Shown here: positions 36,811-50,331 of the stretch, piece by piece | Numbering within the stretch: position 1 is the stretch's first letter | Layout: every line of letters starts with the position of its first letter | Source: Octopus bimaculoides | Lineage: Eukaryota | DNA: 64,000 bases | Direction of reading: 5' to 3' | Assembly (NCBI RefSeq): GCF_001194135.2 | Contig: NC_068996.1 | Span: 43,980,406 to 44,044,405, forward strand | Notes under the pieces: model-generated | Told to the model about the DNA's origin: nothing | Databases searched by the model: none | The model's input: only the letters and a program-made list of their open reading frames with translations | Position numbers and translations under genes: made by a program

Positions 36811-37689
36811 CTTGCATACCCATTTGCGAGTGGCAAAGCTGGCTATGGGACATTTAAGAAAGGGATTAGCATGAGTGTATCACAGCAAGGCCACAGCTGA
36901 ATTGCTTAAACCAATAAAAGAAGTAGAAAAGAAAAAAAAACATGACAGAAAATAGGGGATCAGAGAAGCAGAGGTTGAAATTCAGGTGCATTGGATAAGT
37001 TTGGTTGTCAATAATATTCAGATTATTATTTTAGAACTGTAGAGGCCATGGTGGAAACCACTTCCACAAACTACTCCCATTTTGTAAGAATAATGAAAAG
37101 CACAAAACAAAACGGAAAACAATGATTTAAAGAAAACATTTTACTAACGTTTTAAGCAATTCGATATCTTGCCAATATCAAAAGTCTCAATGCTTTAACA
37201 TAAATCATATTAAAATCACTTCATCTCTACTTCTCTCTCTCTCTCTCTTGCTGGTAATTTTACCTCAGTCAGTTACAAAGTACTGTTCGCTTCTTTTTTA
37301 GTTGTTTTATTTTTTGTAACAATTTTTTCTTTAGTATTTTTTGCTCTTAGTCCTTTGCACTGTTGAATGGGAGCAAGTTATTATACTCCCCTTTGCAGAG
37401 CATTTTTGTCATTCCTGTGCATCTATGCATGGCAGACAACGTCTAGGCTGCACTTGAATGATGCTTGTGCAAAGAAAATTTACAGAGAAGAAAATGGTAA
37501 GGATGGTATGACTTATGAATTGACAGTCATTTAGATGTTACAGTGTTTTGTAGCATTTGTTCCAGTTCTCTAACCTCTGAATTCAAATCCTGCCAAGGTA
37601 AACTTTGCCATTCGTCGCTTCAGGACAGATAAGCAGAGTGAAAGTCCAGGGTTGTGAAGTAGCAGTGTCAACCTGTAATACCCAACATA

Positions 37690-38389
37690 CATTATGCGTA
37701 TTATTTCTATACACATACATACATACACACATACACACATACATACATACATATATACATGCATGCATACATACATACATGTATACACACATACATAACA
37801 TAGATACATGTATACATATATACATACATACATACATTCATACATACACATATACATACACACGTAATACATGCATGCATATATACATACATGTATACAT
37901 ATATACATATAAATAATATATAAATATATGCATATATCCATACATATATGTACATACCTACATATATATATGTATACATACAGGCATATATGGGTACAGG
38001 ACATAAAAAAAACCCTTAAACACAATGAGAAACGAAAACAGAAAACGAACTATTTTTGAACAATGAAAAAAAACAGAGAAACAAAACATGCAACATACAT
38101 ACATACATACATACATACATACATACATACATACATACATGCATTCATACATACATACGTACATACATGCATTCATACATACATACGTACATACATACAT
38201 ACATGTATACATACATACATTCATACATACATGTATACATACATACATTCATACATACATACATAAATACATACATACATACATACATACATACATTCAT
38301 ACATATACATACATACATATGTATGTATACATATTTATATAAATATATGTATATGTATGTATATATACATATATAATTTATATACATAT

Positions 38390-38438
<49 letters not shown>

Positions 38439-38440
38439 NN
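37690..38440. repeat. (ATAC)n / (AT)n microsatellite block
   Basis: Long imperfect TACA repeats; source of the MYVC/HTYI ORFs. Confidence 0.95.
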
Positions 38441-39967
38441 NNNNNNNNNNNNNNNNNNNNNNNNNNNNNNNNNNNNNNNNNNNNNNNNNNNNNNNNACAC
38501 ACACACACACACACACATATATATGTATGTATGCATATATGGAAAAGTTAATTTATTATAATGACTTCTAATTTATGTATAAGGCCAACAATTTCGAAGT
38601 GGGACAGTTAGTTGCTATCATCAACCTCATTACTTACCTACTTCTTTCTTCTATTGACCCTGTAAGGATGAGATGCAAAGCGGACCCTGGTGGGAACTGA
38701 ACTCAGAATGCAAAGAACTAGAATAAATACAGCAAATCATTTTGCTTGACACTCTAAAAACACTGTCAAGCCATTATTTTTGTTGTATCATGGTATAACA
38801 TGGGTCTTAATTTGTTTTTAACTTGAATAATAGACATTATAAGCACTGGTGTAGCTGTGTAGTTGCTTCCCAACCACATGGTTCTGGTTTCAGTCCAACT
38901 GTGTAGCACCTTGGGCAAATGTCTTCTTCTATAGCCTCAGGCCAACCTAAGCCATGTGAGTGGATTTGGTAGATAGAAACTGAAAGAAGCCTGTCATATA
39001 TATAACAGAAAGCCACAACTTACATAGATTAGAATTGGGCTTCTAAACCTGTGAGGCCCCTAGGTAACACACTGCACTGGGCCCTAATAGTATTTATTTA
39101 TTGACAGCATGTCACAGCATACGTGAATTAGAATTGGGTCCCTACACTCATGAGGTCCCTGTGAAAATCATTGCACTGTTCCTGTTAATATTTATCTATT
39201 GACAGTAAATCACTGCATACGTAGATCAGAATCAAGCTCCTAGACCTGTGAAGCCCCAAAGTAACTGGTGTGCATACCCTTGTCATAAGAAGAACATTCT
39301 GAGACTACAACCAACACACACCCTGTGACTATACACACCCTATGATTACCACCAATGCACACACTGTACCACATGCAATGAAATTTGTCAGTTATGGATG
39401 GCAGGTTACAGATACAGCGCAAGCTGGTGAATAATGGCACAGCAAGGGTAGACAACAAACTCTCAAATAATACGATGTAACAGGTATATTTGTTCTCGAA
39501 AATAAAGTTTAAAGCAAGGAAATGGGTGTAGTTATATTTTGTGTGTTGAAACATCTATAAACTGTTTTCAAATCCAGTTTGGACTAATTTTTATATGGGA
39601 ACACTTCACTAAGTCTTTTCACATATATATATATACATTACTGGTCCCAGTATTTGTCACTCAGCTGTGAAGAAACAATAAGAATTTTTTTTTGCTTTGT
39701 TTTATTCTGAATTTTTGTTTATTTACTTTATTTATTATCATTATTTTTTTATTTAGCGAAACAATAAATTCTAAATCAAAACAGTAGGAATACCACAATT
39801 AAGGTCAATAGAATAAATAGTATATCTTGTATTTTATATTTAGTGGAAGTGCTGGTGGATGGGTGGGTGGGAGCAACGATGAGTAATTATTGCTTAATTG
39901 GTAGAAGTTAATTGGATTTCTAATTTTTTTATTTTAATTTATATTCTGTTTTTGTTCCAGTTCTATA

Positions 39968-40204
39968 TTTAAGAGATGAGGAATTATGTACATTACTCTT
40001 TTACGCTTTTACTTGTTTCAGTCATTTGACTGCGGCCATGCTGGAGCACCGCCTTTAGTCGAGCAAATCGACCCTGGGACTTATTCTTTGTAAGCCTAGT
40101 ACTTATTCTATCGGTCTCTTTTGCCGAACTGCTAAGTGACAGGGACATAAACACACCAGCACCAGTCGTCATGCAATGCTAGGGGGACAAACACAGACAC
40201 ACAA

Positions 40205-40241
<37 letters not shown>

Positions 40242-40530
40242 TATATACGACGGGCTTCTTTCAGTTTTCGTCTACCAAATCCACTCACAAGGCTTTGGTC
40301 GGCCCGAGGCTATAGTAGAAGACACTTGCCCAAGATACCACACAGTAGGACTGAACCCGGAGCCGTGTGGTTGGTAAGCAAGCTACTTACCACAATCACT
40401 CCTGCGCCATTATTTACATTATTTACATTTGACGGATATTTGTCCTCATCTGATGAAGGCTGGAGGGTATATCAGCCGAAACGTGTTAACAACAAACAAG
40501 ATGAGGACAAATATCCATCAAATGTAAATC
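39968..40530. repeat. Penelope-like fold-back element with hammerhead core, split by a SINE B insertion
   Basis: ATTTACATTTGACGGATATTTGTCCTCATCT...AGATGAGGACAAATATCCATCAAATGTAAAT inverted arms around CTGATGA-A-GGCTG(10 nt)CAGCC-GAAAC-GT-GTT (40450-40487). A related palindrome without the core is at about 4905-4995. Confidence 0.7.
39997..40410 (-). mobile_element. SINE, family B, full length
   Basis: Complete reverse-complement copy flanked by ATTATGTACATT / ATTATTTACATT (probable TSD). Confidence 0.9.
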
Positions 40531-40978
40531 TGTTTTTGTTGTTATTATTTATAAACCTCCAGGTCAACCCTGGTTGATCAGGCCTATGATTGAAAGCATT
40601 CCAGGTGTCACCAACCTGTTCTTTTTGATTTGGTAAGGAGCACAGTGTATCTAGGATTACATTATGCAATGTTTCTTTTTTTTTTCTTATTTTGAAAGAC
40701 AGTAAGATATGTTATGAGGGTAATCTGGTTGGTATTTTTAGCAAGTTCAGAGCCCCTACAGGGTTGTCATTTTCAACCTAGCTTAATCACGTAGCACACT
40801 GAATGAAATGTGCCATGCAGTGTTACAGTTTGCTCTCAGCTAGAGTTTTATTATCTTCTGTCTTTTTGTTGTTTTTGTTATTGAACTACGGACATGCAAG
40901 GTCACTGTCTTGGAAGGTTTTATAAGCACACACATACACACATAACTGTATACATACATACATACATACATACATACA

Positions 40979-41012
<34 letters not shown>

Positions 41013-42294
41013 CATATATATNNNNNNNNNNNNNNNNNNNNNNNNNNNNNNNNNNNNNNNNNNNNNNNNNNNNNNNNNNNNNNNNNNNNNNNNNNNNNNN
41101 NNNNNNNNNNNNNNNNNNNNNNNNNNNNNNNNNNNNNNNNNNNNNNNNNNNNNNNNNNNNNNNNNNNNNNNNNNNNNNNNNNNNNNNNNNNNNNNNNNNN
41201 NNNNNNNNNNNNNNNNNNNNNNNNNNNNNNNNNNNNNNNNNNNNNNNNNNNNNNNNNNNNNNNNNNNNNNNNNNNNNNNNNNNNNNNNNNNNNNNNNNNN
41301 NNNNNNNNNNNNNNNNNNNNNNNNNNNNNNNNNNNNNNNNNNNNNNNNNNNNNNNNNNNNNNNNNNNNNNNNNNNNNNNNNNNNNNNNNNNNNNNNNNNN
41401 NNNNNNNNNNNNNNTATACATATATACATTATATGTATATATATATACACACACACATACAGGGGGGTCAATTTGTTTGACTAAAGGTGGTGCTCCAGCA
41501 TGGCTGCAGTCAAATGATTGAAACACATAAAAGAATGCACACACATACATATTTATGTACATATATACATACATATATATAATACACACACATTTATACC
41601 CATACACACACACACAGATATATTCATACATATATACACATATGCAGATGCGCACAAGCACACACACACGCACACACATCTACTAAATCCACACACAAGG
41701 AGCTGTAATAGTAGAGACTGAACCGCAGAACACATAGTTGTAAAATAGACTTCTTAACCATACAGCTGCACCTGTGCATATGCACAAAATTCTTAAAATC
41801 GTTTTGAAAGCAGAGATGTGTGCTTTATACATGGTAGTGACATGTGGTGTTTTTTTTATGTGGCACTGGCACTAACGAGCCCACAAGACAAGGACCTCTT
41901 GGCTTAGAGATCGAGTGGTGGACATGGTCATAAATGACATGCCGATATGTATGGATGGCCACGATTTTACTTAGCTTGACACGTCTTCTCGAGCACAACA
42001 AATCGCAAGCTGTAGATGGTGATGTTTGTTGACATTCCTTCTCAACAAAGCCATCTTCTATCTCTGCACTTTTGAAGACATGGGAAATAAAGATAAAATC
42101 CCTCAATTTGCAAAACAGGTAAGGGTTAGTAATAAGCAGAGCATGCAGCTGTAAAATAATGCAGGCAGCAATAACAAGTATTCATCCAACCCATGCTGGC
42201 ATGGAAAAACAGACATAAAACAAACAAACGAGTAAATTATCATGGACGCCATAGAGACCACCAAGTGGTTTTCCTCTCAGTTTGTAATTTATAC

Positions 42295-42327
<33 letters not shown>

Positions 42328-42838
42328 NNNNNNNNNNNNNNNNNNNNNNNNNNNNNNNNNNNNNNNNNNNNNNNNNNNNNNNNNNNNNNNNNNNNNNNNN
42401 NNNNNNNNNNNNNNNNNNNNNNNNNNNNNNNNNNNNNNNNNNNNNNNNNNNNNNNNNNNNNNNNNNNNNNNNNNNNNNNNNNNNNNNNNNNNNNNNNNNN
42501 NNNNNNNNNNNNNNNNNNNNNNNNNNNNNNNNNNNNNNNNNNNNATATATATATATATATATATATATAAGTATGTATATATAAGTATGTATGAAGAATA
42601 ATAATAAATGGAGGTCGATTTATTATTATTCTTCATATCTACTCAAAATACATCACTTTAACTTGGTATTTCTACCTATTAATCGAGTATGATATCCCAG
42701 TTTTGTATGATTTTTGCTACCCTGGTAATTATTAACATATTTTCATTATTGAAGTTTTTTCAACCGAGATAATATTAATATATACATAAATCTATATATA
42801 TATATATATATATATTGTTGTTTTCTTCATTATTACAG

Positions 42839-42964
42839 GAGGCTCTGGAGAACAGCATTTGACACCGCAAGGGAAACAGAAGACTACTAAACAGGAAATA
42901 AAGTCTGATAAGGATTTACCAGCTTACTGCAATCCACCGAACCCTTGTCCAAAAGGATACACAG
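42839..42964 (+). CDS. SCG5: 7B2 coding exon 2 (proline-rich PPNPCP domain)
   Basis: Acceptor TTACAG|GA, donor G|GTGAAT, phase 1/1, 126 nt. Encodes (G)GSGEQHLTPQGKQKTTKQEIKSDKDLPAYCNPPNPCPKGYT, including the diagnostic 7B2 motif LPAYCNPPNPCP. Confidence 0.95.
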
Positions 42965-43169
42965 GTGAATCCTTTGTCTTTAACACTGACATCATCATCA
43001 TTGTCATTGTTGTCATCGTTGTCGTCGTCAACATCATCACTGCCACCATCATTATCATCATTGTCAATAGTAACAACAATGCCATAATTCTCATTTGTTA
43101 AGTAAGTTTTTGTTGTGCTTAACATTGCTTATTTTGCCACTGTTGTTCAAGACATTAGTATTGCTGCCA

Positions 43170-43640
43170 CCATGCCCATAATCATCAATGTCGTCATCGT
43201 CACAGTCATTGTCATTGTCATCGTCATCGTCCTCCTTATCTTCCTCGTCCTCCTCCTTGTCCTCCTCCTCCCTCTCATCCTTGTTCTCTTCCTTGCCCTC
43301 ATCCTCCTCCTCCTTTACTTGTCCTTGTCCTTGTTCTCCTTGTCATCATCATCATTGACCTCCACCCCATCCTCGACATCATCCTCACTATCTTCCTCCT
43401 CCTCCTCCTCCTCCTCACCCTTGTCATTGTCATTGTTGTTGTCATTGTTGTCCTCCTCATTAACATGAACAACAACAACAGCAATAATAAGCCCATCATT
43501 CTCATTATAATAGATTTTGTTCTTAGTGGGGAAAATTTTGCAACTATTGCTCCTCCTCCTCCTCCTCATCATCATCATCATCATCAACATCTCCTTCAAT
43601 GCCACAATCACAACATCATCATCATCATCATCATCATTTA
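43170..43640. repeat. (TCA)n/(TCC)n trinucleotide low-complexity tract
   Basis: Intronic imperfect trinucleotide repeats directly after coding exon 2. Confidence 0.9.
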
Positions 43641-43922
43641 ATATCTGCTTTTCATGTTGGCATGGGTTGGACGGTTCGACTGGGGTCTGGCAAGCCAGAA
43701 GGCTGCACTAGGCTCCAATCTGCACAAGGCCTCAGATTTGGGGGAAGGGATTAAGCTGATTACATTGACCCCAGTACGTAACTGGTGATTGTTTAATCAT
43801 CCCCGAAAGAATGAAAGGCAAAGTTGACCTCGGCAGAATTTGAACTAAGTACGTAATGGCAGATGAAATACCGCTAAGTATTTTATCCAGCGTCCTAATG
43901 GTTCTGTCAGCTCACCACCTTG

Positions 43923-43966
<44 letters not shown>

Positions 43967-43967
43967 T

Positions 43968-44515
43968 TCCCTGATGCAGTACCAGACAGTGGTTCTCGTG
44001 GCTTCTTATCTTAACTGATTGTTTTGTCTTGGTATAAAAAGATGGGCTGCAACAAATATTCTGCTCAATACCACAGATTTGTTTGTCAGTTGCTTGACCT
44101 TAATCAGTTGAGCATGTCCCTTGGTGGCTGACGATATGTGCATCTCTGATCATGAGCAGAAGTAGTGGGGGAGCATCATAGCCATGTGCTGAGAGGAATT
44201 CTTTGGGGTTTGAATAATTCACCTTTGGGAACATAGGTATTTTGTTCGACATCCTCAAACAACCTTTATTCAAGGACCTTTTGAGCGGGATGGGCTACTC
44301 GACCTGAAGAAAATTCTAACTGGGCCCCACCTGCGAGGTTATACACTGTTTATCTTGATATGAGATCGCCATGCCATGCACATATGGTTGTGATGCATGT
44401 GCCTGGTGTCCCCTTATCAGACAGGTAGTCATGATGGGTATACTGGGCCTCATATATTTGTGCCCCAGTGTCACTTTGATGGCATGCACTGCTCTCTCAC
44501 TCAATAATAATAGTA
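43968..44515. repeat. Unclassified interspersed repeat bounded by (AAT)n
   Basis: A partial inverted homologue (AGGACCTTTTGAG.GGGATGGGCTA.TC.ACCTGAAGAAAATTCTAA) occurs at about 49655-49730. Confidence 0.6.
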
Positions 44516-44569
44516 ATAATAATAATGTGGAAACTAATGTCAGGTGCTTTGGTATAAAGACTTAGAAAA

Positions 44570-46540
44570 AGGTGGGCTGCTACCTATTAAACAGAAAGGG
44601 TGTTGAAAGAGGAGTCTGGGAATGAAGGATCAGCTTTTAATTGATAATCTAATTAGCAAGAACTGCAAGAGAAGACACACAAACTTAAGCATGGCATGGA
44701 TTGACTATCGTAAAGCCTAGGATAGGATACCACACTCATGGATAATAAGAACAATGGAAATGTACGGAGTAGCAGAAAATATGAGAAGTCCTATAGGGAG
44801 CAGTATGAAATGTTGGAGAACGGAATTGACAGTAGGGAATCAAATATTAGGAGAGGTGAAAATCAAGAGAAGAATCTTTCAAGGGGACAGTATGATCTTT
44901 GTGCTGGGAATGATCCCCTTGAGTGAAATACTACAAAAAACAAAGTTGGGGTATGACCTGAGAAGAGGTAAAGGAAAGCTGAACCACTAGGTATTCATGG
45001 ACAACTTGAAATTATTCATAAAAAGTGAGGGAGAACTAGACTGCTTAGTCCAGTCTGTATGGATTTTCTCCAATGATATTAAGATGGAGTTTGGGCTCTC
45101 AAAATGTGCTGCGATGGTATTGAGATGAGGAAAGCTTGTCCAGACAGAAGGCATATGGTTGCCAAGGAGTGAAGTGATGAAGGCAATTCAACCTAAATCC
45201 AACTATAAATACCTGGGAATACTTGAGGGAGATGGCATTAAACCCAGTGACATGAAGGAAAAGACAAACAGAGAGTACCTGCGGTGAGCGAGAAAAATAT
45301 TGGCTTCATAGCTGAATGCCAGGAACATAATTTTGGCAATAAACTCGTGCACAGTCGCAGTAGTTTGGTATGATACTGGAATCCTGAAGTGGACAGAAGA
45401 GGAGCTAAAGGAGATGGACAGAAAGTCGAGAAAGCTCCTAACAATGCATGGAGCCCATCATTCACATACAGTCACTGATCGCCTATACATGAAGAGAGCA
45501 AATGGAGGAAGAGGACTGATAAGTGTGGAAGACTGCATGTGTATCGAAATAGAGAGCTTAATGAAATACCTAGCCCAAAGTAAGGAAACCTTGCTAGTGA
45601 CAGTTAGGAACGAGGGAGTATTGAAAGCAGAGAATAAAGGAAAAACAAAAGAAGTTAAAAAGGACATGTAGAAGAATTACGCAGGAAGAGACTACACAAT
45701 CAATTCCATGTAGCTACAACAGAAATTGCTGGAAAAAATCAGGTGAGAATGGCTGAAGAAAGGAACATTGAAAAAAGAGACCAAGAGCACTATACTGGCA
45801 GTGCAAGACCAAGCTTTGGCCACGAACTGGAGGGTTAACCTTAGCAATGAGCAAGTGTCTCCGCTGTGCCACTTCTGTAACGGAGTGGACGAAACCATTG
45901 CCTATATCATGAATGAATGCTCTAGACCTGTCCAAAACTTCTAGATTTGTGGTGGCATGATCAGGCAGCAAAATTGGCTACACTGGAAACTGTGCAATAA
46001 GTGGGGGCTAGAGAGAGACAAGATGTGGTATGAGCCCAAACCACAGAGTGGTGGAGTTAGAGACTAGTAAAATCCTCTGGGATTTCCAATCCAAACAGAT
46101 CAGGTGCTAGAGCATAACAGACAAGACTTAGTGGTAGTGGACAAGGTGCACCACATATGCTATGTAGTTAACGTTGCATGCCCCTTTGACCCACGAATAG
46201 TCAAGAAAGAAGGCGAAAAAGAGAGATATATACAATCATCTTAAGTACAAAATAACCCAGCCATAGAAAATAATGGTGAAGAAAGTGCCAATTACTGTTG
46301 GGTCCTTAGGGATAGTAACAGAAGGCATCAAGAGGAATATAAAAGAAATCGGAATAGAGTGCCCAGAAGGACTGTTACAAAAGGTTTGCCTCCTTGGTAC
46401 AGCCAGAATAATCAGGAAAGTATTAAATAGTTGAAAAGAACAGATAACATGGTACCGTAGTCTGCAGGCAGCAAGCCTGCTATGCATGCAAGACTCCAGG
46501 AGTTCCTACAAAACCTATGATAAAAATAAATAAAAATAAT
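44570..46540 (+). mobile_element. R4/Dong-clade non-LTR retrotransposon, 5'-truncated and decayed
   Basis: RT motifs KDQLLID...[44 protein letters not shown]-terminal CCHC-like segment and RLE region (ILWDF...D..VVVDK...DP...KKE.EK...Y...VPITVGSLG...LQKVCLLGTARIIRKVL). Multiple stops and frameshifts. Confidence 0.85.
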
Positions 46541-46904
46541 GATATTTTTACTATAGGCACAAGGCCTGACATTTTGAAGAGGAGGACAGTTAATTACATT
46601 GACCCCGGTGTTCAAGTGGGGTGAAACTTTAGGGGGTGGGGCTAATTGATTAATATGACCCCAGTATTCAGTTTATTTCATTGATTCTGAAAGGAAACAA
46701 GGCAATGTTTACCTCAGTGGATTTGAACTCAGAACATAAAACCAGAAGAAATACCACTGAACATTTTGTCTGACATGTGAACAAATAAAGAAACAACAAC
46801 AACAACAACAGCAAAATAGATTTATCTTAACCATGTCATTTTTTTTTTTTTCCATATTTTTTGCCTTTTTTTTTCTCATTTGAAATCCATTATTTATTAT
46901 GCAG

Positions 46905-47107
46905 AGAGAGATGGATGTTTGGAAAAATTTGAAAATACTGCTAACAACAACCGAAAATATCAAGAGTCTCAGAACTGCCCCTGTGATGCTGATCACATGT
47001 TCACCTGCCCTGCCGGCAGTAAAGTGATCAATACCAAAAGTCGAAAGGCTACTGCTAGTATTGGATCTGGTGTTGCACATGCCCTTGGAGATCAAGAAAG
47101 CAATGAG
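46905..47107 (+). CDS. SCG5: 7B2 coding exon 3
   Basis: Acceptor TATGCAG|AG, donor GAG|GTAAGT, phase 1/0, 203 nt. Encodes (E)RDGCLEKFENTANNNRKYQESQNCPCDADHMFTCPAGSKVINTKSRKATASIGSGVAHALGDQESNE (cf. 7B2 DGCLExFENxAxFSRxYQxxQxCxCDxEHMFxCP). Confidence 0.95.
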
Positions 47108-47415
47108 GTAAGTTGAATGGTTTAAATATTTGTCAAGAAGAAAAAAAAAATGTTGGATTTTTGGTTTTTTTTTCTTCTTCTCTTAACCCTTTAGCATTTA
47201 AACTGGCTGTATCCAGTTCAAGTATTGAACTTGCTTTTATGTTCAAACTGTCCAGATCCAGCCTCTCACACCTACTCTACAATGTCATTCTAAAAATAAG
47301 TAATCACATCATTGAAATGTTGAAGCTATGAGATAATGGGTGTATGTGCATACATGTATACAAACATGCACATAAGCATGTGTGTGTGTGTGTACATACA
47401 TACATACATACATAC

Positions 47416-47452
<37 letters not shown>

Positions 47453-47874
47453 NNNNNNNNNNNNNNNNNNNNNNNNNNNNNNNNNNNNNNNNNNNNNNNN
47501 NNNNNNNNNNNNNNNNNNNNNNNNNNNNNNNNNNNNNNNNNNNNNNNNNNNNNNNNNNNNNNNNNNNNNNNNNNNNNNNNNNNNNNNNNNNNNNNNNNNN
47601 NNNNNNNNNNNNNNNNNNNNNNNNNNNNNNNNNNNNNNNNNNNNNNNNNNNNNNNNNNNNNNNNNNNNNNNNNNNNNNNNNNNNNNNNNNNNNNNNNNNN
47701 NNNNNNNNNNNNNNNNNNNNNNNNNNNNNNNNNNNNNNNNNNNNNNNNNNNNNNNNNNNNNNNNNNNNNNNNNNNNNNNNNNNNNNNNNNNNNNNNNNNN
47801 NNNNNNNNNNNNNNNNNNNNNNNNNNNNNNNNNNNTTTGTATGATCGTGTAGAGAGGAATATATTATTTTATTT

Positions 47875-48023
47875 AAAAGAGTTCCAACTCTGTTTTTTAT
47901 GTTTTATTTATATTCTTGTAAAATTAATGTGGGATATAGAATATGGAATGTATAATATATAATCTAAAAATGGATGGTACAACGAAATGAAGTATTGAAT
48001 GTCTTATTGAATATATGGAATAT
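47875..48023 (+). repeat. ~150-bp dispersed repeat, inverted partner of 58712-58862
   Basis: AAAAGAGTTCCAACTCTG...GGATGGTACAA.GAAATGAAGTATTGAATGTCTTATTGAATATATG; about 6 substitutions and one 4-bp indel versus the partner. Confidence 0.9.
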
Positions 48024-48558
48024 GTCTTATTGAATATATCAAATATTGAGTGTTCAATATAAAGGATTAAATATATAAAAAGGCGAATACGTATTTTCAA
48101 TACCTTGTGGTATTCATCATGGCCGGTATCTGATAGACTGTAACATATATGTATATATGTATATATGTGTGTGTATGTGCATGTGTGTGTACCTGTGTGT
48201 GCCTGTGTGTGATTGTGTGCATATGAGTATACGTGAATGCACATATACATATAACTTGAGTATATGTGCATGTGTGTACAAGTTTAAGAATGTATATGCT
48301 TCTCTTTGTACATGTCTAAACGCATACGCGGTCTCAATGCACATATACATGTTTATATGTGTTTGTAAATCATTTGTATGCATGTATTTGTGTGCATGTA
48401 TGCATATGCATGTTTTGTGTGCATATGTGTGTTCTTTGAACTATCCTAGCTTATTAATAAATTAATTAAATGATATTGCTGTCCTACATATTTAATTATG
48501 TATATTAAGCTGCTATCCATCCAAGCTTGACTTCCAAACACAAAAGCCAGTGTGATAT

Positions 48559-48642
48559 TATTATAAGGCTAATTCTATTATAAGGCTAATTCTATTATAA
48601 GGCTAATTCTATTATAAGGCTAATTCTATTATAAGGTTAATT
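48559..48642. repeat. 17-bp tandem repeat x5 (TATTATAAGGCTAATTC)
   Basis: Four perfect units and one variant unit. Confidence 0.95.
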
Positions 48643-48695
48643 ACATTTTTTATCCTCAATCTGTTCTTTGAACAACAGTTACCCTTATCACACCT

Positions 48696-49130
48696 TTAAC
48701 CATTCTGCATTCAGATTAATCTGTCAAATGTACTGCTTATTTATTCACATTGTTTTAAATCAATCCTACTTTAACTGGTAACTCTGAGATTTCAATGATG
48801 TGACTGCTTATTTTTATAATGACATTGCAGGATATGTGTGAAAGGCATGATCTGGTCAGTTTGAACATAAGGCAGGTAGAATATTTGGGCTGGATATGGC
48901 CAGCTTAATCCTTTAGCATTCAGATTACTCTGTCAAATGTAAAGCTTACTTATTCACATTGTTTTAAATTAATCATGCATTATCTCATAGCTTTGGGATT
49001 TGGATGATGTGATTGTCTATTTTTAGAATAACATTGTAGGGTAGGTGTGAGAGGCTGTACCTGGCCAGTTTGAACATAAAAAAGGTAGAATATTTGAGCT
49101 GGATATGGTTGGTTTAAATACTAAAGGGTC
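48696..49130. mobile_element. Tandem pair of TTAA-flanked MITEs (piggyBac-like)
   Basis: Two ~210-bp units beginning TTAACC.TT..GCATTCAGATT / TTAATCCTTTAGCATTCAGATT, the second ending AATACTAAAGGG; partial copies at 47183-47335 and about 380-490. Confidence 0.55.
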
Positions 49131-49730
49131 GCTAAAATAATTTCAGCTCTCACAAATACTTCGTGATTCACTCTCCTTGGTACATTACTTTGCCTGATTA
49201 AGTTTACCAGGTTTACCAAACTTTTCACCCTTGTCTAATTTGACAATAATTATAATTAATGCTTACGTTTTTCATTCCTTCTTTTCTTTATATTGGTTCA
49301 TTAAAAATGTTTCTTGGGTCACTACATTAAATCTGTAAGACTACACCACTTAGATATATATAGAATCCTAAGACTCAACATGATCACAGTCTAATTAATT
49401 AGTGAAATGATTAAATTTTTGGAAACTTTATCATTTATTCTACAAGGTAGAAAAGTTAAGAAGTTCTTAACTAATCAACCACGTCCATGTCTTTGGAATA
49501 TGTAGTATTGTGTAATATGCCCAGACTCATTACATTCCGAGTTCAAATTCTGCCAAAGTTGATTTTGCTTTTCACTCTTTAAGGGTCAACGAAATAAGTA
49601 CCAGTTGAACACCAGGACACTTGTAATTGATCCTCCTCCTCCTCCTCCTCCTGATCTTGCAGGAAGGGCTCAATTAGAATTTTCTTCAGGTTGAATAGCC
49701 CATCCCACTCAAAAGGTCCTTCATTAAGGG

Positions 49731-49768
<38 letters not shown>

Positions 49769-50331
49769 ATACCGTTACTCTGTTTAGAGTTAATGTCATA
49801 CATATTTAATTTAGAGTGATTTAAAGCTTTTATAACTGAACCTAAGTTAGCTCTGGTAGATTAAGACAGATCAATAGTTGACTTCATAGAAATTTGGTAG
49901 TTATTATTATTATTATTATTTGTTATTGTTGCTGTTGAGTCCTAAATCACCTCTGATCAAGCAAAACTATGATCAAAGATATTCCATTCTTATGTCCTTA
50001 TGATCTCAGCTTTTCTCAGTACTCAAAACCATCTTAGTTGTTTAGTTGAGGAAACTTTAACTAAAATTTCTAGAATCCACCCCCTCTCTTCATGTTCTCT
50101 CTCTCACACATACACACACACACATACACACATTGGCTCAAGGTATTTTATTTCATGTCGGTGTATAATTTGGTTCTAAGGTTAAAATGCTTAAAAATAT
50201 ATCTTATACTCTTGCATTTATTTAACAAATGTTTGAAAAATGCTGTATTTTTATTTATTTATTTACACATTCCCCATTTAATTGTTCTAAATGTATTTTA
50301 AATAATTATATTTTTTATTGACAAATTTCAG

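Noticed and set aside
37399-37496. AG...GTAAGG-bounded 98-nt segment containing CAKK in one frame
   Set aside because: In the phase-1 frame required by the 7B2 intron it hits a stop, and its length breaks the frame; no homology to 7B2.
48559-48642. Regularly spaced repeats as a possible CRISPR array
   Set aside because: Head-to-tail 17-bp minisatellite with no unique spacers, in a eukaryotic intron; no cas genes.
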